Of a DNA stretch of 64,000 bases, positions 28,040-38,349 are shown one piece after another. The notes under the pieces are model-generated. The model was not told the origin of the DNA. It worked only from the letters and a program-made list of their open reading frames with translations, and did no database searches. This DNA comes from Burkholderiales bacterium. GTDB lineage: Bacteria; Pseudomonadota; Gammaproteobacteria; Burkholderiales; SG8-39. The stretch covers positions 1 through 64,000 of the forward strand of contig JBJXGX010000272.1 in NCBI GenBank assembly GCA_046160305.1, read 5' to 3'. Both the position numbers and the translations under genes were made by a program. Each line of letters opens with the position of its first letter. Position 1 is the stretch's first letter.

Positions 28040-29356
28040 TCATGCCGCGGCTCGCGCGACGAAACGCCGAGCGAGCGGGCTCGCCGTGCGCACCGCGGCG
28101 CGCTCGGCCGCCAGCGCCGCCGCGAGCGGCCGATCGCCGCTTCGCAGCGCCGCCTCGATCAGCGTCAGGTCGAGCACGTCGCGCTGGGCGTGACTGCCAC
28201 CGAAGCGGTGCGCGCTCGAGCGGACTGGCCGCAACAGCGCGACGACTGTCGCGTGGTCGCCCGCCACGTAGGCCTGCACGGCGCGCGTCGCGGCCTCGCC
28301 GACCTCGGCGGTGAAGGCGCGGTTGTCGCCGTCGCCGGCGAGCGCGGCGCGCTGGGTCTCGCGCAGCTGCGCGGCGAACTCGCTGCGCCCGGCGCTTGCG
28401 AAGGCCATCATCGCGTGCAGGTCGTTGAAGGCATAGTTGCCCGCGGTGGCGTGCGGCGCCCAGCGTTCGGCCAGCGGCTGCCAGCGCTCGCCGACATCCA
28501 CACCACGCAGCGCGAGGCGCCACAGCAGCGCGCTCTGGTCGATCATGTCGAGCACGACGCCCGAGCCCGGCCCACCGATCGACGCGTCGTACATCGCCAG
28601 CACTTCGTCGTGCCTGTCCTGCTCGAGCTTGAACAGTGCGAGGTGCCACCAGTTGTGCACCGCGAAAAAGCTGTCGCGCGACCAGTGCGCCGCATTCGGC
28701 TCGAGCCAGGCGATGCCCTCCTTCGGCGTATTGCGCATCTCGTGCACATGCGCCACCGCATGCCAGGCCCAGGCGTCGCGCGGCTGCAGCTCGATCGCCC
28801 GGCGTCCGGTGCGCTCGGCCTGCACGTAGTCGCTGGTCTCCTCGAGCCCGAAGGCGTGCATGCCGAGCACCGCATGGTGGCCGGGCATCGCGTCATTCCA
28901 GTGCGACCGCACGCGCGCGATGCGGTCGCGCAGCATGCGCGAATCGCCGGTGAAGAAGTCCACCTGATGGCCGGCCTGCAGCGCGAGCAGGTCGCGCGGA
29001 TGCTGCGCTGACAGGTCCTCCAGCAGGTGCGCGCCGTCGCGCCAGCGGCCGGCGGCGACGAGCGCGGCGGAGTGCGCATGCATCCGCTCCCGATCGGTAC
29101 CAGCGTGGCGTGCGGCGGCTTCGGCCGCCTCGCGCGCGGCCGCGACCGCTGGCGCCTCGGTGCCGAGCAGGTGCAGCCAGGCGCGCAGCGTGTGCGCGAT
29201 CGACATGCCCGGCGCCAGGGCGAGCGCACGGTCGATCGTCGTAAGCGGGTCGCCGATCAGGCAACGCAGCTCGTGCGCGGCCTGCTCGTAGTGGTCGATC
29301 GCGGTGGCAGTGGCGCCGCTCACCGGATGACCCAAGGTGTCGATCAGAACGGTCAT
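28040..29356 (-). CDS. tetratricopeptide-repeat protein (TTC38-like family)
   Basis: Start chosen at MTVLIDTLGH (AAGGA RBS). 439 aa, Ala/Leu-rich helical repeats. Confidence 0.6.
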   Translation of the reverse strand: MTVLIDTLGHPVSGATATAIDHYEQAAHELRCLIGDPLTTIDRALALAPGMSIAHTLRAWLHLLGTEAPAVAAAREAAEAAARHAGTDRERMHAHSAALVAAGRWRDGAHLLEDLSAQHPRDLLALQAGHQVDFFTGDSRMLRDRIARVRSHWNDAMPGHHAVLGMHAFGLEETSDYVQAERTGRRAIELQPRDAWAWHAVAHVHEMRNTPKEGIAWLEPNAAHWSRDSFFAVHNWWHLALFKLEQDRHDEVLAMYDASIGGPGSGVVLDMIDQSALLWRLALRGVDVGERWQPLAERWAPHATAGNYAFNDLHAMMAFASAGRSEFAAQLRETQRAALAGDGDNRAFTAEVGEAATRAVQAYVAGDHATVVALLRPVRSSAHRFGGSHAQRDVLDLTLIEAALRSGDRPLAAALAAERAAVRTASPLARRFVARAAA

Positions 29357-29373
29357 GTTTGAGTCCTTCGAGA

Positions 29374-29619
29374 TCAGGCGATCGCCGCGCCGGCGGCGAC
29401 CAGGGTGACAAAACGGGTCAGGTCGAGGGCGAAGCGTTGCGGCTCCTGCCAGTGCATCGCATGCCCGGCGTCGGCGTATTCGACAAACCGGGCGGTCCGG
29501 ATTTTGCCCAACAACTCGGGCAGCCGGTCGAACCACGGCATCGTGCCAGCACGCAGCAATCCGGCGAACTCGAGCCGCACGCGGCCGGGGAGCTGGATCC
29601 GGCGAAGAGCGGGTTTCAT
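29374..29619 (-). pseudogene. C-terminal fragment of an alpha/beta-hydrolase gene (catalytic N-terminal 200 aa absent)
   Basis: 82 aa: MKPALRRIQLPGRVRLEF...FVEYADAGHAMHWQEPQRFALDLTRFV. This matches the cap/His-loop end of alpha/beta hydrolases only. The upstream part of the ORF overlaps the fatty-acid hydroxylase gene end. Confidence 0.4.
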
Positions 29620-29629
29620 CTTGCGATCC

Positions 29630-30391
29630 TCAGGGGCGGTTGGCGGCGGATCGGGACACGTCGCGGGCGAGCAGCATGTCGAGCACGCGAGCCGAGGCGC
29701 TGTCCCAAAACCCGGTGGCATGCTCGAAGCGGCGCGGGTTCTCGAAGGTACCGAAGACCGTGTCGATCAGCGGCAGGTCGGCGTAGTTTTTCGCGTGGAT
29801 GCCACGCGCATGGTGGATCGTGTGGCTCTCCGGGCGCTGCACGAAGTAGCCCAACCAGCGCGGCGTGCGCAGGTTTGCGTGTTGGAAGATCCCGAGGAAA
29901 GTGATCACGAGGATCGTTGTCGTCGCGGCCGCTGGCGGCAGGCCGAGCAGCGTGAGTGCCACGCTCGGCACCAGCGTCCAGCCCACGATGTCGAGCGGGC
30001 TGAACCAGAACGCGCCGTAGACGTCGAGCCGTTCGGCGCTGTGGTGCATCTGATGCGAGACGCGGAACCAGGTGTCAACGCTGTGCATGCCACGGTGGTA
30101 GGCGTAGGCGAACAACTCGTAGACGACGAGACCGAGCGCGGCGGCGGCCCAGGTGGGCCAGCCGGACAGGTCGAAGCGCTGCAGCGGCGCGAGCGCGTCG
30201 GCCCAGAAGAGCGGCAGGTAGGAGGACAGCAGGAAGTAGACGGCGAACACGGCGAGCGCGCGTGCCTGCCAGCCGGGCATGTGCGGCAGCGGGCGGCCCG
30301 GGAAGAGGTGTTCGGCGAGTGCGAGCGCGGCGAACATCGCGAGCATTGTCAGGGTGACTGGATCGAACAATAGTTCAAGGGGGGTCGGCAT
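29630..30391 (-). CDS. fatty acid hydroxylase / sterol desaturase superfamily membrane protein
   Basis: Start at MPTPLELLF (GGAG RBS). Histidine boxes HRGMH, HQMHH and HTIHH are present. Confidence 0.75.
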   Translation of the reverse strand: MPTPLELLFDPVTLTMLAMFAALALAEHLFPGRPLPHMPGWQARALAVFAVYFLLSSYLPLFWADALAPLQRFDLSGWPTWAAAALGLVVYELFAYAYHRGMHSVDTWFRVSHQMHHSAERLDVYGAFWFSPLDIVGWTLVPSVALTLLGLPPAAATTTILVITFLGIFQHANLRTPRWLGYFVQRPESHTIHHARGIHAKNYADLPLIDTVFGTFENPRRFEHATGFWDSASARVLDMLLARDVSRSAANRP

Positions 30392-30514
30392 GGGAATGCT
30401 CCGGTGAGAGGTTGATTGAGCAACAATGTGGACCGCGAGTGTGCCGACGCAGAGGCTTGCCGGACAGCGGCGTTTCGGCAAGAATCCGTTCATTCCTGCC
30501 ACGCCGAGGCGTCC

Positions 30515-31558
30515 ATGACGAATCGACCGATCACCGTGGCCTTGCTCGCGATGCCCGATGTCACCGCCGCGACGCTGTACGGATTCCACGACTGCTTATC
30601 CGGCGTGCACCGCGACTGGTCGATGATGCACGGCGGCCACGCCGCGTCGCCGTTCCGCTCGATGGTCGTGAGCCGCGACGGCCAGCCTCTCGAGGGCGCG
30701 AACGGGGTGCGCATCGTGCCGGACGCCTCGTTCGACGCCTGCGGGTCACCCGATGTGGTGTGCGTCACCGACATCGCGATACCGCCAGGGGAGCCGCTCG
30801 GCACGGCCTACGACGCCGAGGTCGATTGGCTGCGCGAGCGCCACGCGCTGGGTTCGATCCTCGCGTCATCGTGCTCGGGGGCCGTGCTGCTCGCGCGCAC
30901 CGGCCTGCTCGAGGGGCTGGACGCCACGTCGCACTGGGCCTACTGCGATGCACTGAAGCGCGACTATCCGGGCACGCGCTGGTTCCCGGAGCGTGGCTTG
31001 CTGTTCGCCGGTGCCGGGCAGCGCATCGTGATGGCCGGCAGCGGCATCGCCTGGCACCAGCTCGTGATGGCGCTGATCAGCCGCTTCGCGGGCGCCGAGG
31101 CGGCGATGCAGGTGGCCCGCATCAACCTGATCGACTGGGCCGCGACCAGTCCGATCGCCTATGCGTCGCTGCGCCATGGCGCGCAGGCGAGCGACCCGGT
31201 GGTGGCCGCGGCGCAGGTCTGGGCCGCCGAGCACTACCAGCACGAGGCGCCCGTGGCGCAGATGGTCGCGATCTCGGGGCTCGCCGAACGCACCTTCAAG
31301 CGCCGCTTCGCGCAGGCCACTGGCATGGCTCCGCTCGACTACGTACAGCACCTGCGCCTCGAGGAGGCAAAGCAGATGCTCGAGTCGGGCGATGCGTCGA
31401 TCGAGTCGATCGCCTTCGAGGTGGGCTACCGCGACGCGAGCTTCTTCAATCGGCTCTTCCGCCGCAAGGTGATGATGTCGCCGACGCAGTACCGGCGCCG
31501 CTTCGGTGGACTCAAATCGCGCCTGCGCGAGGCGGGTAGCGCGCTCGGCGGCGCCTGA
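30515..31558 (+). CDS. GlxA-like transcriptional regulator (DJ-1/PfpI domain + AraC-type HTH)
   Basis: Start at MTNRPITVALLAM. The C-terminus has the AraC HTH (FEVGYRDASFFNRLFRR). Confidence 0.75.
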   Translation: MTNRPITVALLAMPDVTAATLYGFHDCLSGVHRDWSMMHGGHAASPFRSMVVSRDGQPLEGANGVRIVPDASFDACGSPDVVCVTDIAIPPGEPLGTAYDAEVDWLRERHALGSILASSCSGAVLLARTGLLEGLDATSHWAYCDALKRDYPGTRWFPERGLLFAGAGQRIVMAGSGIAWHQLVMALISRFAGAEAAMQVARINLIDWAATSPIAYASLRHGAQASDPVVAAAQVWAAEHYQHEAPVAQMVAISGLAERTFKRRFAQATGMAPLDYVQHLRLEEAKQMLESGDASIESIAFEVGYRDASFFNRLFRRKVMMSPTQYRRRFGGLKSRLREAGSALGGA

Positions 31559-31579
31559 TCGAACCGTCGTCGCCGACGC

Positions 31580-32647
31580 TCAGCGCCTGATCTCGCAGAT
31601 CAGATTGAACGGCGTCTCGGCGGCACGCCGGAAGTGCGTGAAGCCGGCCTTGCGAAACACCTCAGCCAGACGCTTGGGGCCGGCCTGCGCGCCGAGCACG
31701 AGCTTGCCGCCCTCGGAGATCGCATGCGCGCAGCAGATCACGCACGAGGCGGCGTAGTAGAGCCGGCCCACGGGCGAGAGGTTGTCCTCGACCCGGTCGT
31801 TCGCGAAAGGCTCCACCAGCATCACCGTGCCCCCCGGCGCGAGCACCTCGGCCGCACGCCGCGCGGCGGCCACCGGGTCGCCGAGGTCGTGCAGCATGTC
31901 AAAGAAGCAGACGAGGCCGTAGCGATGGTCCGGATAGTCCACGGCGTGCGCCACCGAGAAGGTCACGCGATCGGCGACGCCCGCCGCTTCGGCGCTGCGC
32001 CGCGCCGCCTCGATTGACGCCGGATGGGTGTCGAAGCCGAAGAAGCGCGATTTCGGAAACGCCTGCGCCATCAGCAGCGTCGAGTGGCCATGGCCGCAGC
32101 CCACATCCGCCACGGCAATGCCGGCTTCGAGTTGCGCCACCACGCCATCCAGCGCCGGCAGCCACTGCGGCACGAGGCTGGCGCGATAGCCGTTGCGGTA
32201 GAACGCGGCCACGCCACAGGCCATGCGTGGGTCGTGATCGCCCCAGGCCACGCCGCGGCCGGTACGAAAGGCCTCGAGTGCCTTGGACTCGTCGGACCAC
32301 ATTGCGGCGGGCACATTCCAGGCGTGCGGTACGTAGGTCGGACTGTCCTCGTCGGCCAACACCATCGCCTGCTCGGGCGAGAGCTCATAGGTCTCACTGA
32401 TCGCGTGGAAGCCCACGTAGCCGGAGGCGGCCTGCGCGTTCAACCACTCACGCACGTAGCGCTCGGCGCAACCGGCGCGCGCGGCAAGTTCCTTGGCACT
32501 CAGCGGGCCCGCGCCCGCCATCGCCTTGTACAGACCCAGTTTGTGCCCCACGCTGACCATGATGCCGGTGTAGCCGCTTGCCAGATCGCCGACAGCCCGC
32601 GCGACGAACGCGTCGAGCTTCGCTTGATCGATGACGGGTGTGTCCAT
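31580..32647 (-). CDS. class I SAM-dependent methyltransferase (with N-terminal dimerisation-like domain)
   Basis: Motif I VADVGCGHG. 355 aa. AAAGGA RBS. Confidence 0.75.
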   Translation of the reverse strand: MDTPVIDQAKLDAFVARAVGDLASGYTGIMVSVGHKLGLYKAMAGAGPLSAKELAARAGCAERYVREWLNAQAASGYVGFHAISETYELSPEQAMVLADEDSPTYVPHAWNVPAAMWSDESKALEAFRTGRGVAWGDHDPRMACGVAAFYRNGYRASLVPQWLPALDGVVAQLEAGIAVADVGCGHGHSTLLMAQAFPKSRFFGFDTHPASIEAARRSAEAAGVADRVTFSVAHAVDYPDHRYGLVCFFDMLHDLGDPVAAARRAAEVLAPGGTVMLVEPFANDRVEDNLSPVGRLYYAASCVICCAHAISEGGKLVLGAQAGPKRLAEVFRKAGFTHFRRAAETPFNLICEIRR

Positions 32648-32671
32648 GATTAATTTCCTTTGGTGGGTGGT

Positions 32672-33976
32672 TCAGTGCAAGGGCGCGAGTGCCTCGGCCA
32701 CCGCCCGGCCGATGCTGCGGCCCTGACGTCGTCCTTCGTCGATCGCGTATTTGAAATGGATGCCGGCATACAGCCGCGACAAGCCGTTCTCGTCTGCGGC
32801 CCGCGAGAAGCCGCGGTAGTGGCGTGTCACGCCCGGCAGCGTCAGGCTGGTCATGGCGTAGCGCACGCGATCGCCGAAGAGGTCGATCAACACTTCCGCG
32901 GCAGCCCAACCCAACACCGTGTGCGTGGACGGATAGTCCGGCACCGGCGGCGTCACCAGAAACGGCTGCCAGGCGGCATCGGCCTCGGTGAGCGGGTTGC
33001 CGTCAGTGGCCGCGGCGTGGATCGCCGTGATCGGGCGCCAGAAGCGGTGCTTGTACTTCTCGTCGAAGCCGGCAATGAAGCCGTCGGCCATCGCGAAGTG
33101 CACCAACGTGAAAGCACGCGCCGCTTCCCACGCATCGAGTCCGCGTTGCCGCACCACGGTGTTGGCGATGCGGTTCCATCCGAGTGGCGAGTCTTCGTAC
33201 CAGAACCTGGCAATCTCCGACTGCTCGGGGCTGCGCGTCTTGCTGTTGTCGCGGCCGATCTCATTCACGAGTGCGAAGTCGTGCGCGTACTGTGCGCCGG
33301 TGAGCGCCTGCGGCCCTTCGAGGGCGTGCTCGCGTAGATCGATCACGAAGGGCGTGACGCGGCCCCAGCCGGGCTGTGCCGCAAAATCGAACGGCGCGGT
33401 GAACTGGTACTCGCCGGCGACGGGATTCGCGACGTAGGGAATCGCTGCGCGGTCGGCCCCATCGTCTCGGCGGCGGTTCATCGTCGCCAACGCGGCCGCC
33501 TGGCCGGTGGCGATGCCCGTGGTTTTGGCCTGGCCATCGCGCACGTTGACGAGCGCGCTTCGGTACGCGGTCTCGACGAGCGTCGCCTGCTCGGGCAGCA
33601 GCCTGAGCAGCACTTCACGCGCGGCCGCGGCCACCGCTGCATCGGGCGAGGCTTTCGGCGCCGCCGCCAGGCCCGGTGTGTAGGACGCGTAGCGGCGGTC
33701 GATCGCGTTGAGCGCATCGTGCATCGACGCGTGTAGGATCGACAAGGTACGCGACTGCGCCATCGGGTTGGTGCCCTGGCTCGGCGTGAACGCGGCTTCG
33801 ACCACGCTGTTCCAGTGGACCACGGTGTTGATCTGGCGGTGCGGGTGGCGCGCGCCGACGGCGTCTTTGGCGATGGCAGGTGCGGGGCTGGCGAGGGCAG
33901 CGCCGAGGCTGGCTGCGGCGGCGACGTTGAGCAGACCGGCGACAATGGCGCGCCAAGACGTGTGAAGTGCCTTCAT
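32672..33976 (-). CDS. secreted PAP2-superfamily / vanadium-dependent haloperoxidase-like protein
   Basis: Signal peptide present. Contains RFWRPITAI, PDYPSTHT and GIHFKYAIDEG, i.e. the acid-phosphatase/vanadium-haloperoxidase signature arrangement. Confidence 0.6.
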   Translation of the reverse strand: MKALHTSWRAIVAGLLNVAAAASLGAALASPAPAIAKDAVGARHPHRQINTVVHWNSVVEAAFTPSQGTNPMAQSRTLSILHASMHDALNAIDRRYASYTPGLAAAPKASPDAAVAAAAREVLLRLLPEQATLVETAYRSALVNVRDGQAKTTGIATGQAAALATMNRRRDDGADRAAIPYVANPVAGEYQFTAPFDFAAQPGWGRVTPFVIDLREHALEGPQALTGAQYAHDFALVNEIGRDNSKTRSPEQSEIARFWYEDSPLGWNRIANTVVRQRGLDAWEAARAFTLVHFAMADGFIAGFDEKYKHRFWRPITAIHAAATDGNPLTEADAAWQPFLVTPPVPDYPSTHTVLGWAAAEVLIDLFGDRVRYAMTSLTLPGVTRHYRGFSRAADENGLSRLYAGIHFKYAIDEGRRQGRSIGRAVAEALAPLH

Positions 33977-34108
33977 GGTTTATCCTTTTCGTGCTCGCAA
34001 CATGGAGCGGTTGAACAAGGCGCTCATGATTGCGAAATGGCCCGGTTCGCGGCAGAGCTGAATTCGCCCAGGATCGGTTCGTTCGTGCCACCGCGAGTGA
34101 AAGAGGCT

Positions 34109-35152
34109 ATGTCCAAACCCGCAAGTTGCCCCGCATCACCAGCCCGTCCAGCCGGCCGCCACGTGGCCTTGGTGGCCTTGCCCGATGCGGCGATCTCCAC
34201 GCTGGCCGGCATCTACGATGTGTTGAACGCACCCGCCTTGATCGACCCGCCGAACGCGCAGATACGCGCACCGTTTCAGGTCGAGATCGTTGGCGAGTCG
34301 GTCGGCCCGCTCGGCTTGGCCAGCGGCGTGCCGATCCAGGTGCAGCGTTCGATCGACACCATCGAGGCCAGCGACATCGTGATCGTGCCCTCAGTCCTGG
34401 TGCGCGGCGCAGCCTGGCAATCAGGCCGCTATCCGCGCCTGGTCGATTGGCTGCAGCGCATGCACGCACGCGGCGCGGTGTTGTGCTCGGCCTGCTCGGG
34501 CATCTTCCTGCTGGCCGAGACGGGTCTGTTCGACGGCAAGGACGCGACCGTGCACTTCGGCTACGCGCGCTACTTCGCGGCCGCGTTTCCCGCGGTGACC
34601 ATCCATCCCGAGCGTGTGCTGGTGATTTCGGGGCTGCGCGAAGACCTGATCAGTTCAGGTGCATCGACGACTTGGCACGACATGGCGCTCTATCTCATCG
34701 CACGTTATGCCGGCGCGACCGATGCGCAGGAGATCGCACGCCTCTTTGCGCTGCAATGGCACCAGGACGGCCTGGCGCCCTACATCAGCTTCGAAGGCAA
34801 GAGCGACCATGGCGACGCCGAGATCGAAGGCGCACAGCGCTGGTTGAGCACGCATTTCTCGGTCGCGAACCCGGTCGAGGAAATGGTCAAGCAGTCGAAG
34901 CTGGCTGAACGCACTTTCAAGCGGCGCTTCACCGCAGCGACCGGGCTGGCACCGCTCGCCTATGTGCAGCGCCTGCGCATCGAAGATGCCAAGCGCCGGC
35001 TCGAGCGCACCGCTGCGCCGGCCGACGAAGTCGCCTGGCGGGTGGGCTATGAGGACGCCGCTTTTTTCCGGCGGCTGTTCAAGCGCACCACGGGTATGGC
35101 GCCGGGTGCCTATCGAAAACGGTTTCGCATCCCGGACTTCGCGCGACCATAG
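34109..35152 (+). CDS. GlxA-like regulator (DJ-1/PfpI + AraC HTH), paralog of 30515..31558
   Basis: Start at MSKPAS (GAAAGAGG RBS). Same architecture as the 30515 gene. Confidence 0.75.
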   Translation: MSKPASCPASPARPAGRHVALVALPDAAISTLAGIYDVLNAPALIDPPNAQIRAPFQVEIVGESVGPLGLASGVPIQVQRSIDTIEASDIVIVPSVLVRGAAWQSGRYPRLVDWLQRMHARGAVLCSACSGIFLLAETGLFDGKDATVHFGYARYFAAAFPAVTIHPERVLVISGLREDLISSGASTTWHDMALYLIARYAGATDAQEIARLFALQWHQDGLAPYISFEGKSDHGDAEIEGAQRWLSTHFSVANPVEEMVKQSKLAERTFKRRFTAATGLAPLAYVQRLRIEDAKRRLERTAAPADEVAWRVGYEDAAFFRRLFKRTTGMAPGAYRKRFRIPDFARP

Positions 35153-35269
35153 TGCCGTTCACGCGCAAAAGGTTCGAGCCTCTCTCGACAATCCCGGCGC
35201 GCCAGCGGGCGAAGATGCTAGCAACGCGATCCAACCCGCGTATCGGCATCGACAAGGCGCAAACAAGCC

Positions 35270-36256
35270 ATGAGAGTTACCATCCTGGACGACTGGTTCG
35301 ACACGCTGCGCACGCTCGACTGTTTCCGTCGGCTGCAAAGCCATCAGGTCACTGTGCACACCGACCATGTCGAGGATCCCGACGCGCTCGCGGCGCGTCT
35401 GGCCGATGCCGAGGCGGTGGTGCTGTTTCGCGAGCGCACCGCCATCGGGGCGTCGCTGATCGAGCGCCTGCCCCGCCTGCGACTGATCAGTCAACGCAGC
35501 GTCTATCCGCACATCGACGTCGACGCCTGTACACGCCACGGTATCGTCGTGTCTTCCGATCAGCACCCCGGCACGCCCTCATATGCAGCCGCCGAACTGA
35601 CCTTCGGACTCATCCTTGGCGCGATGCGGCAGATCCCGCAGCAGGTGGCCGCATTGCGCCGTGGCATCTGGCAGATCGGCGTTGGGCACACGCTGCGCGG
35701 CAAGACGCTCGGGCTGTACGGCTACGGGCGCATCGCCCGGGCGGTTGCCACCTATGGCCGCGCCTTCAACATGCAAGTCGTGATCTGGGCCCGTGAGGCC
35801 TCGCGCGACGCGGCCGCCGCCGATGGCCACGAGGTGGCGGCGTCGAAGCACGCGTTCTTCGAGCGCTGCGATGTCCTGTCGCTGCACATGCGGCTGGTGC
35901 CGGCCACACGCGGGATCGCCACGTGCGAGGACCTGGCGCTGATGAAGCCGGATGCGCTGTTCGTGAACACCAGCCGTGCGGGACTCGTGGAGGCTGGCGC
36001 ACTCGTGTCCGCTTTGCGCCCGGGCCGGCCTGGCATGGCTGCGGTAGACGTGTATGAGCAGGAGCCGCTGCTGGATCCGCAACACGAACTGCTGCGCATG
36101 GACAACGTGATCTGCACGCCCCACATCGTCTACGTGACCCGCGACGAATTCGAGACTCAATTCGCCGATATTTTCGATCAGGTCAACGCGTTTGCGGCCG
36201 GCAGCCCGATCAACGTCGTCAACCCCGAGGTACTTGGTCGCGCGCGGCCGGCGTGA
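35270..36256 (+). CDS. D-isomer-specific 2-hydroxyacid dehydrogenase (NAD-binding)
   Basis: 328 aa with the Rossmann GLYGYGRIA motif and catalytic R/E/H pattern. Confidence 0.8.
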   Translation: MRVTILDDWFDTLRTLDCFRRLQSHQVTVHTDHVEDPDALAARLADAEAVVLFRERTAIGASLIERLPRLRLISQRSVYPHIDVDACTRHGIVVSSDQHPGTPSYAAAELTFGLILGAMRQIPQQVAALRRGIWQIGVGHTLRGKTLGLYGYGRIARAVATYGRAFNMQVVIWAREASRDAAAADGHEVAASKHAFFERCDVLSLHMRLVPATRGIATCEDLALMKPDALFVNTSRAGLVEAGALVSALRPGRPGMAAVDVYEQEPLLDPQHELLRMDNVICTPHIVYVTRDEFETQFADIFDQVNAFAAGSPINVVNPEVLGRARPA

Positions 36257-36378
36257 GTCGACCGGCCTGGCGACCGCATGCGCAATAGCGCGGCCCATCC
36301 AAACTCAATTCTGACCGCGGAAGTTTCATTTCGACCGGACCCATCGCGACGCAATGCTGCCCAGGTAGGCGACTGGTG

Positions 36379-37101
36379 TCATCCGGAGCGCGGGCCGGCA
36401 GCATCGCGCAAGCTACCACGCCAATGCAAGACCGTCGCCCGGGCCAGGGCCCTTGAGGGATCAATACAGGAGCCGCTTAGTGCGCCATCCGTCGCGGCGA
36501 GTGCAATCGGCAACTCAGTGCAAGCCAGCAGCACGCGCGCCACACCGCGATCGGCAAACGCGCACAGGGCTCCTTCCAATAGCTCGCCTCCAAGGGAAAG
36601 TTGCCCGGCCTTGACCGCCGCAATGGCCGGGAGCAGCCATTCATCCAGTTCGGCATCCGTCGGCACCAACGGGATCAAACCGCGGCGCACGAGCGGTGTA
36701 TCGAACACGCGCGCTGCCAGAGTCGCGCGAGTGGCGGCAATTGCGATCGCGCCGCCCGCCGGCGTGACGTGCCGGGCTGCATCACAGCCGGCCTCAACGA
36801 TGCTTAAGAACGGGACCGGTGAATCGGCCGCGAGTTCTTCGTACCAGTAGTGCGCGGTATTGCAAGGCATCACCAGAGCGGTTGCGCCACCGGCAAGCAG
36901 TCGATCGCGAATCTGGCGGAGTACCGGAAAGGGGGACGCACCACCGTCCAGAATGGCGGCCGGCCGCTTTGGAATGCGCGGATCGCAGCTGATCAGCATC
37001 GGCACATGATCGGCGTCGTCGTCAGCACCCGCCTCCTCGATCACTTTGGTGAGGAAATCAACCGTCGCCAACGGGCCCATGCCGCCGATCACACCGATCA
37101 T
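36379..37101 (-). CDS. Asp/Glu/hydantoin racemase superfamily protein (aspartate-racemase-like)
   Basis: 240 aa. MIGVIGGMGPLAT N-terminus and the two conserved Cys regions (MPCNTAH, LACTELP). Confidence 0.75.
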   Translation of the reverse strand: MIGVIGGMGPLATVDFLTKVIEEAGADDDADHVPMLISCDPRIPKRPAAILDGGASPFPVLRQIRDRLLAGGATALVMPCNTAHYWYEELAADSPVPFLSIVEAGCDAARHVTPAGGAIAIAATRATLAARVFDTPLVRRGLIPLVPTDAELDEWLLPAIAAVKAGQLSLGGELLEGALCAFADRGVARVLLACTELPIALAATDGALSGSCIDPSRALARATVLHWRGSLRDAAGPRSG

Positions 37102-37184
37102 CGCATCCTCTCTATTCGTAATCTTCGCAGTGAGATCCCGGCGGCCCGGCCACCTTGCATCGCAAGCTCAAGAATCAATCGACA

Positions 37185-37289
37185 CCCTCTTACGCCGGCA
37201 GCACGCTGCCCCCTCTTACGCCGGCAGCACGCTGCCCCCCTCTAACGCCGGCAGCACGCTGCCCCCTCTTACGCCGGCAGCACGCTGCC
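37185..37289. repeat. 4 tandem copies of a 26-27-bp unit, each containing the palindrome GGCAGCACGCTGCC
   Basis: ccctcttacgccggcagcacgctgcc x4. One unit has TAA for TTA. The last unit encodes the C-terminal GSVLPA-stop of the 37269..38282 gene. Confidence 0.8.
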
Positions 37290-38282
37290 GAATGCATGCA
37301 TGTAGCCGTACAGCCCCACCGCGCCGCCGGTGTGCAGGAACACGACGTTCTGTCCCTTTTTGAAATGTCCCTTGCGGATAAGATCGATGAGGCCTGCCAT
37401 GCCCTTGCCCGAGTAGACCGGGTCGAGCAGGATGCCTTCGGTACGCGCCACCATGGTGACCGCCTCGATCATGCCAGGTGTCGGCCGGCCGTAGCCCGCA
37501 CCGACGTAGTCACAGTTAGCCACCACCGCATCGCGTGCCACCGCACCGCTCACGCCAAGCAGATCAGCGGTCTTTACGCACAGGTTGTAGACGCGCTCTT
37601 CCTGCGGCGCACGTGCAGCGCGCACGCCTATCCCCAGCACCGGAATTTGCGATCGCGCGCCTTGCAGACCGGTCACCAGTCCGGCTTGCGTCCCCGCGCT
37701 ACCCGTCGCATGCACCAGACAATCGATGTCGAGTGCCGCATTGTTCGCCTGGTCGATCAGTTCGAGTGCGCAGGTGACATACCCGAGCGCCCCGATCGGA
37801 TTCGAACCGCCTCCTGGAATGACATAGGGTTTGCGGCGATCCGATCGCAAGCGGTCGGCGAGCGCGGCCATGGCGGCATCCATGTCGGTATCGATCGGTA
37901 CCTCGGAGACGCTCGCGCCATACAAGTGGTCGAGGAATACGTTGCCTGAATTCCGGTAGTCGTCGAACGTGTAGCCGGTGCGGTCTTCCAGAATGATATG
38001 GCAACGCATTCCGAGTTTCGCCGCGATGGCCGCTGTCTGGCGCGCATGGTTGGATTGCGTGGCCCCTTGGGTGATGACGGTATCGGCGCCGCGCTGCAAG
38101 GCCTCGGCCATCAGGTATTCCAGCTTGCGGGTCTTGTTGCCGCCGGTCGCCAAGCCGGTGCAGTCGTCACGCTTGATCCAGAGGTTAGGTCCGGCCAGTG
38201 CTTCGGTGAGGCGGGGCATCGATTCGAGCGGCGTGGGCCCGTGGGTAATGCGCAGGCGGGGAAATTTGGCGAGTTTCATCAT
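37269..38282 (-). CDS. fold-type II PLP enzyme of the D-cysteine desulfhydrase / ACC deaminase family (candidate cysteate sulfo-lyase CuyA-like)
   Basis: Start at [10 protein letters not shown] (GAGG RBS). Contains the PLP-lysine region [11 protein letters not shown]. 337 aa. Confidence 0.8.
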   Translation of the reverse strand: MMKLAKFPRLRITHGPTPLESMPRLTEALAGPNLWIKRDDCTGLATGGNKTRKLEYLMAEALQRGADTVITQGATQSNHARQTAAIAAKLGMRCHIILEDRTGYTFDDYRNSGNVFLDHLYGASVSEVPIDTDMDAAMAALADRLRSDRRKPYVIPGGGSNPIGALGYVTCALELIDQANNAALDIDCLVHATGSAGTQAGLVTGLQGARSQIPVLGIGVRAARAPQEERVYNLCVKTADLLGVSGAVARDAVVANCDYVGAGYGRPTPGMIEAVTMVARTEGILLDPVYSGKGMAGLIDLIRKGHFKKGQNVVFLHTGGAVGLYGYMHAFGSVLPA

Positions 38283-38349
38283 TGACCTCGGTGATGGACA
38301 AGGGGCTGGAAATAAAGGGGGCGTGCAAATAAAAGGGGCGCGCGCAAAT

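Noticed and set aside
37185-37289. CRISPR array
   Set aside because: The units are contiguous with no spacers. Length is 27 bp x4 and no cas genes are nearby. It is a tandem repeat or REP-like element instead. The same reasoning applies to the repeats at 1399-1480 and 15667-15708.
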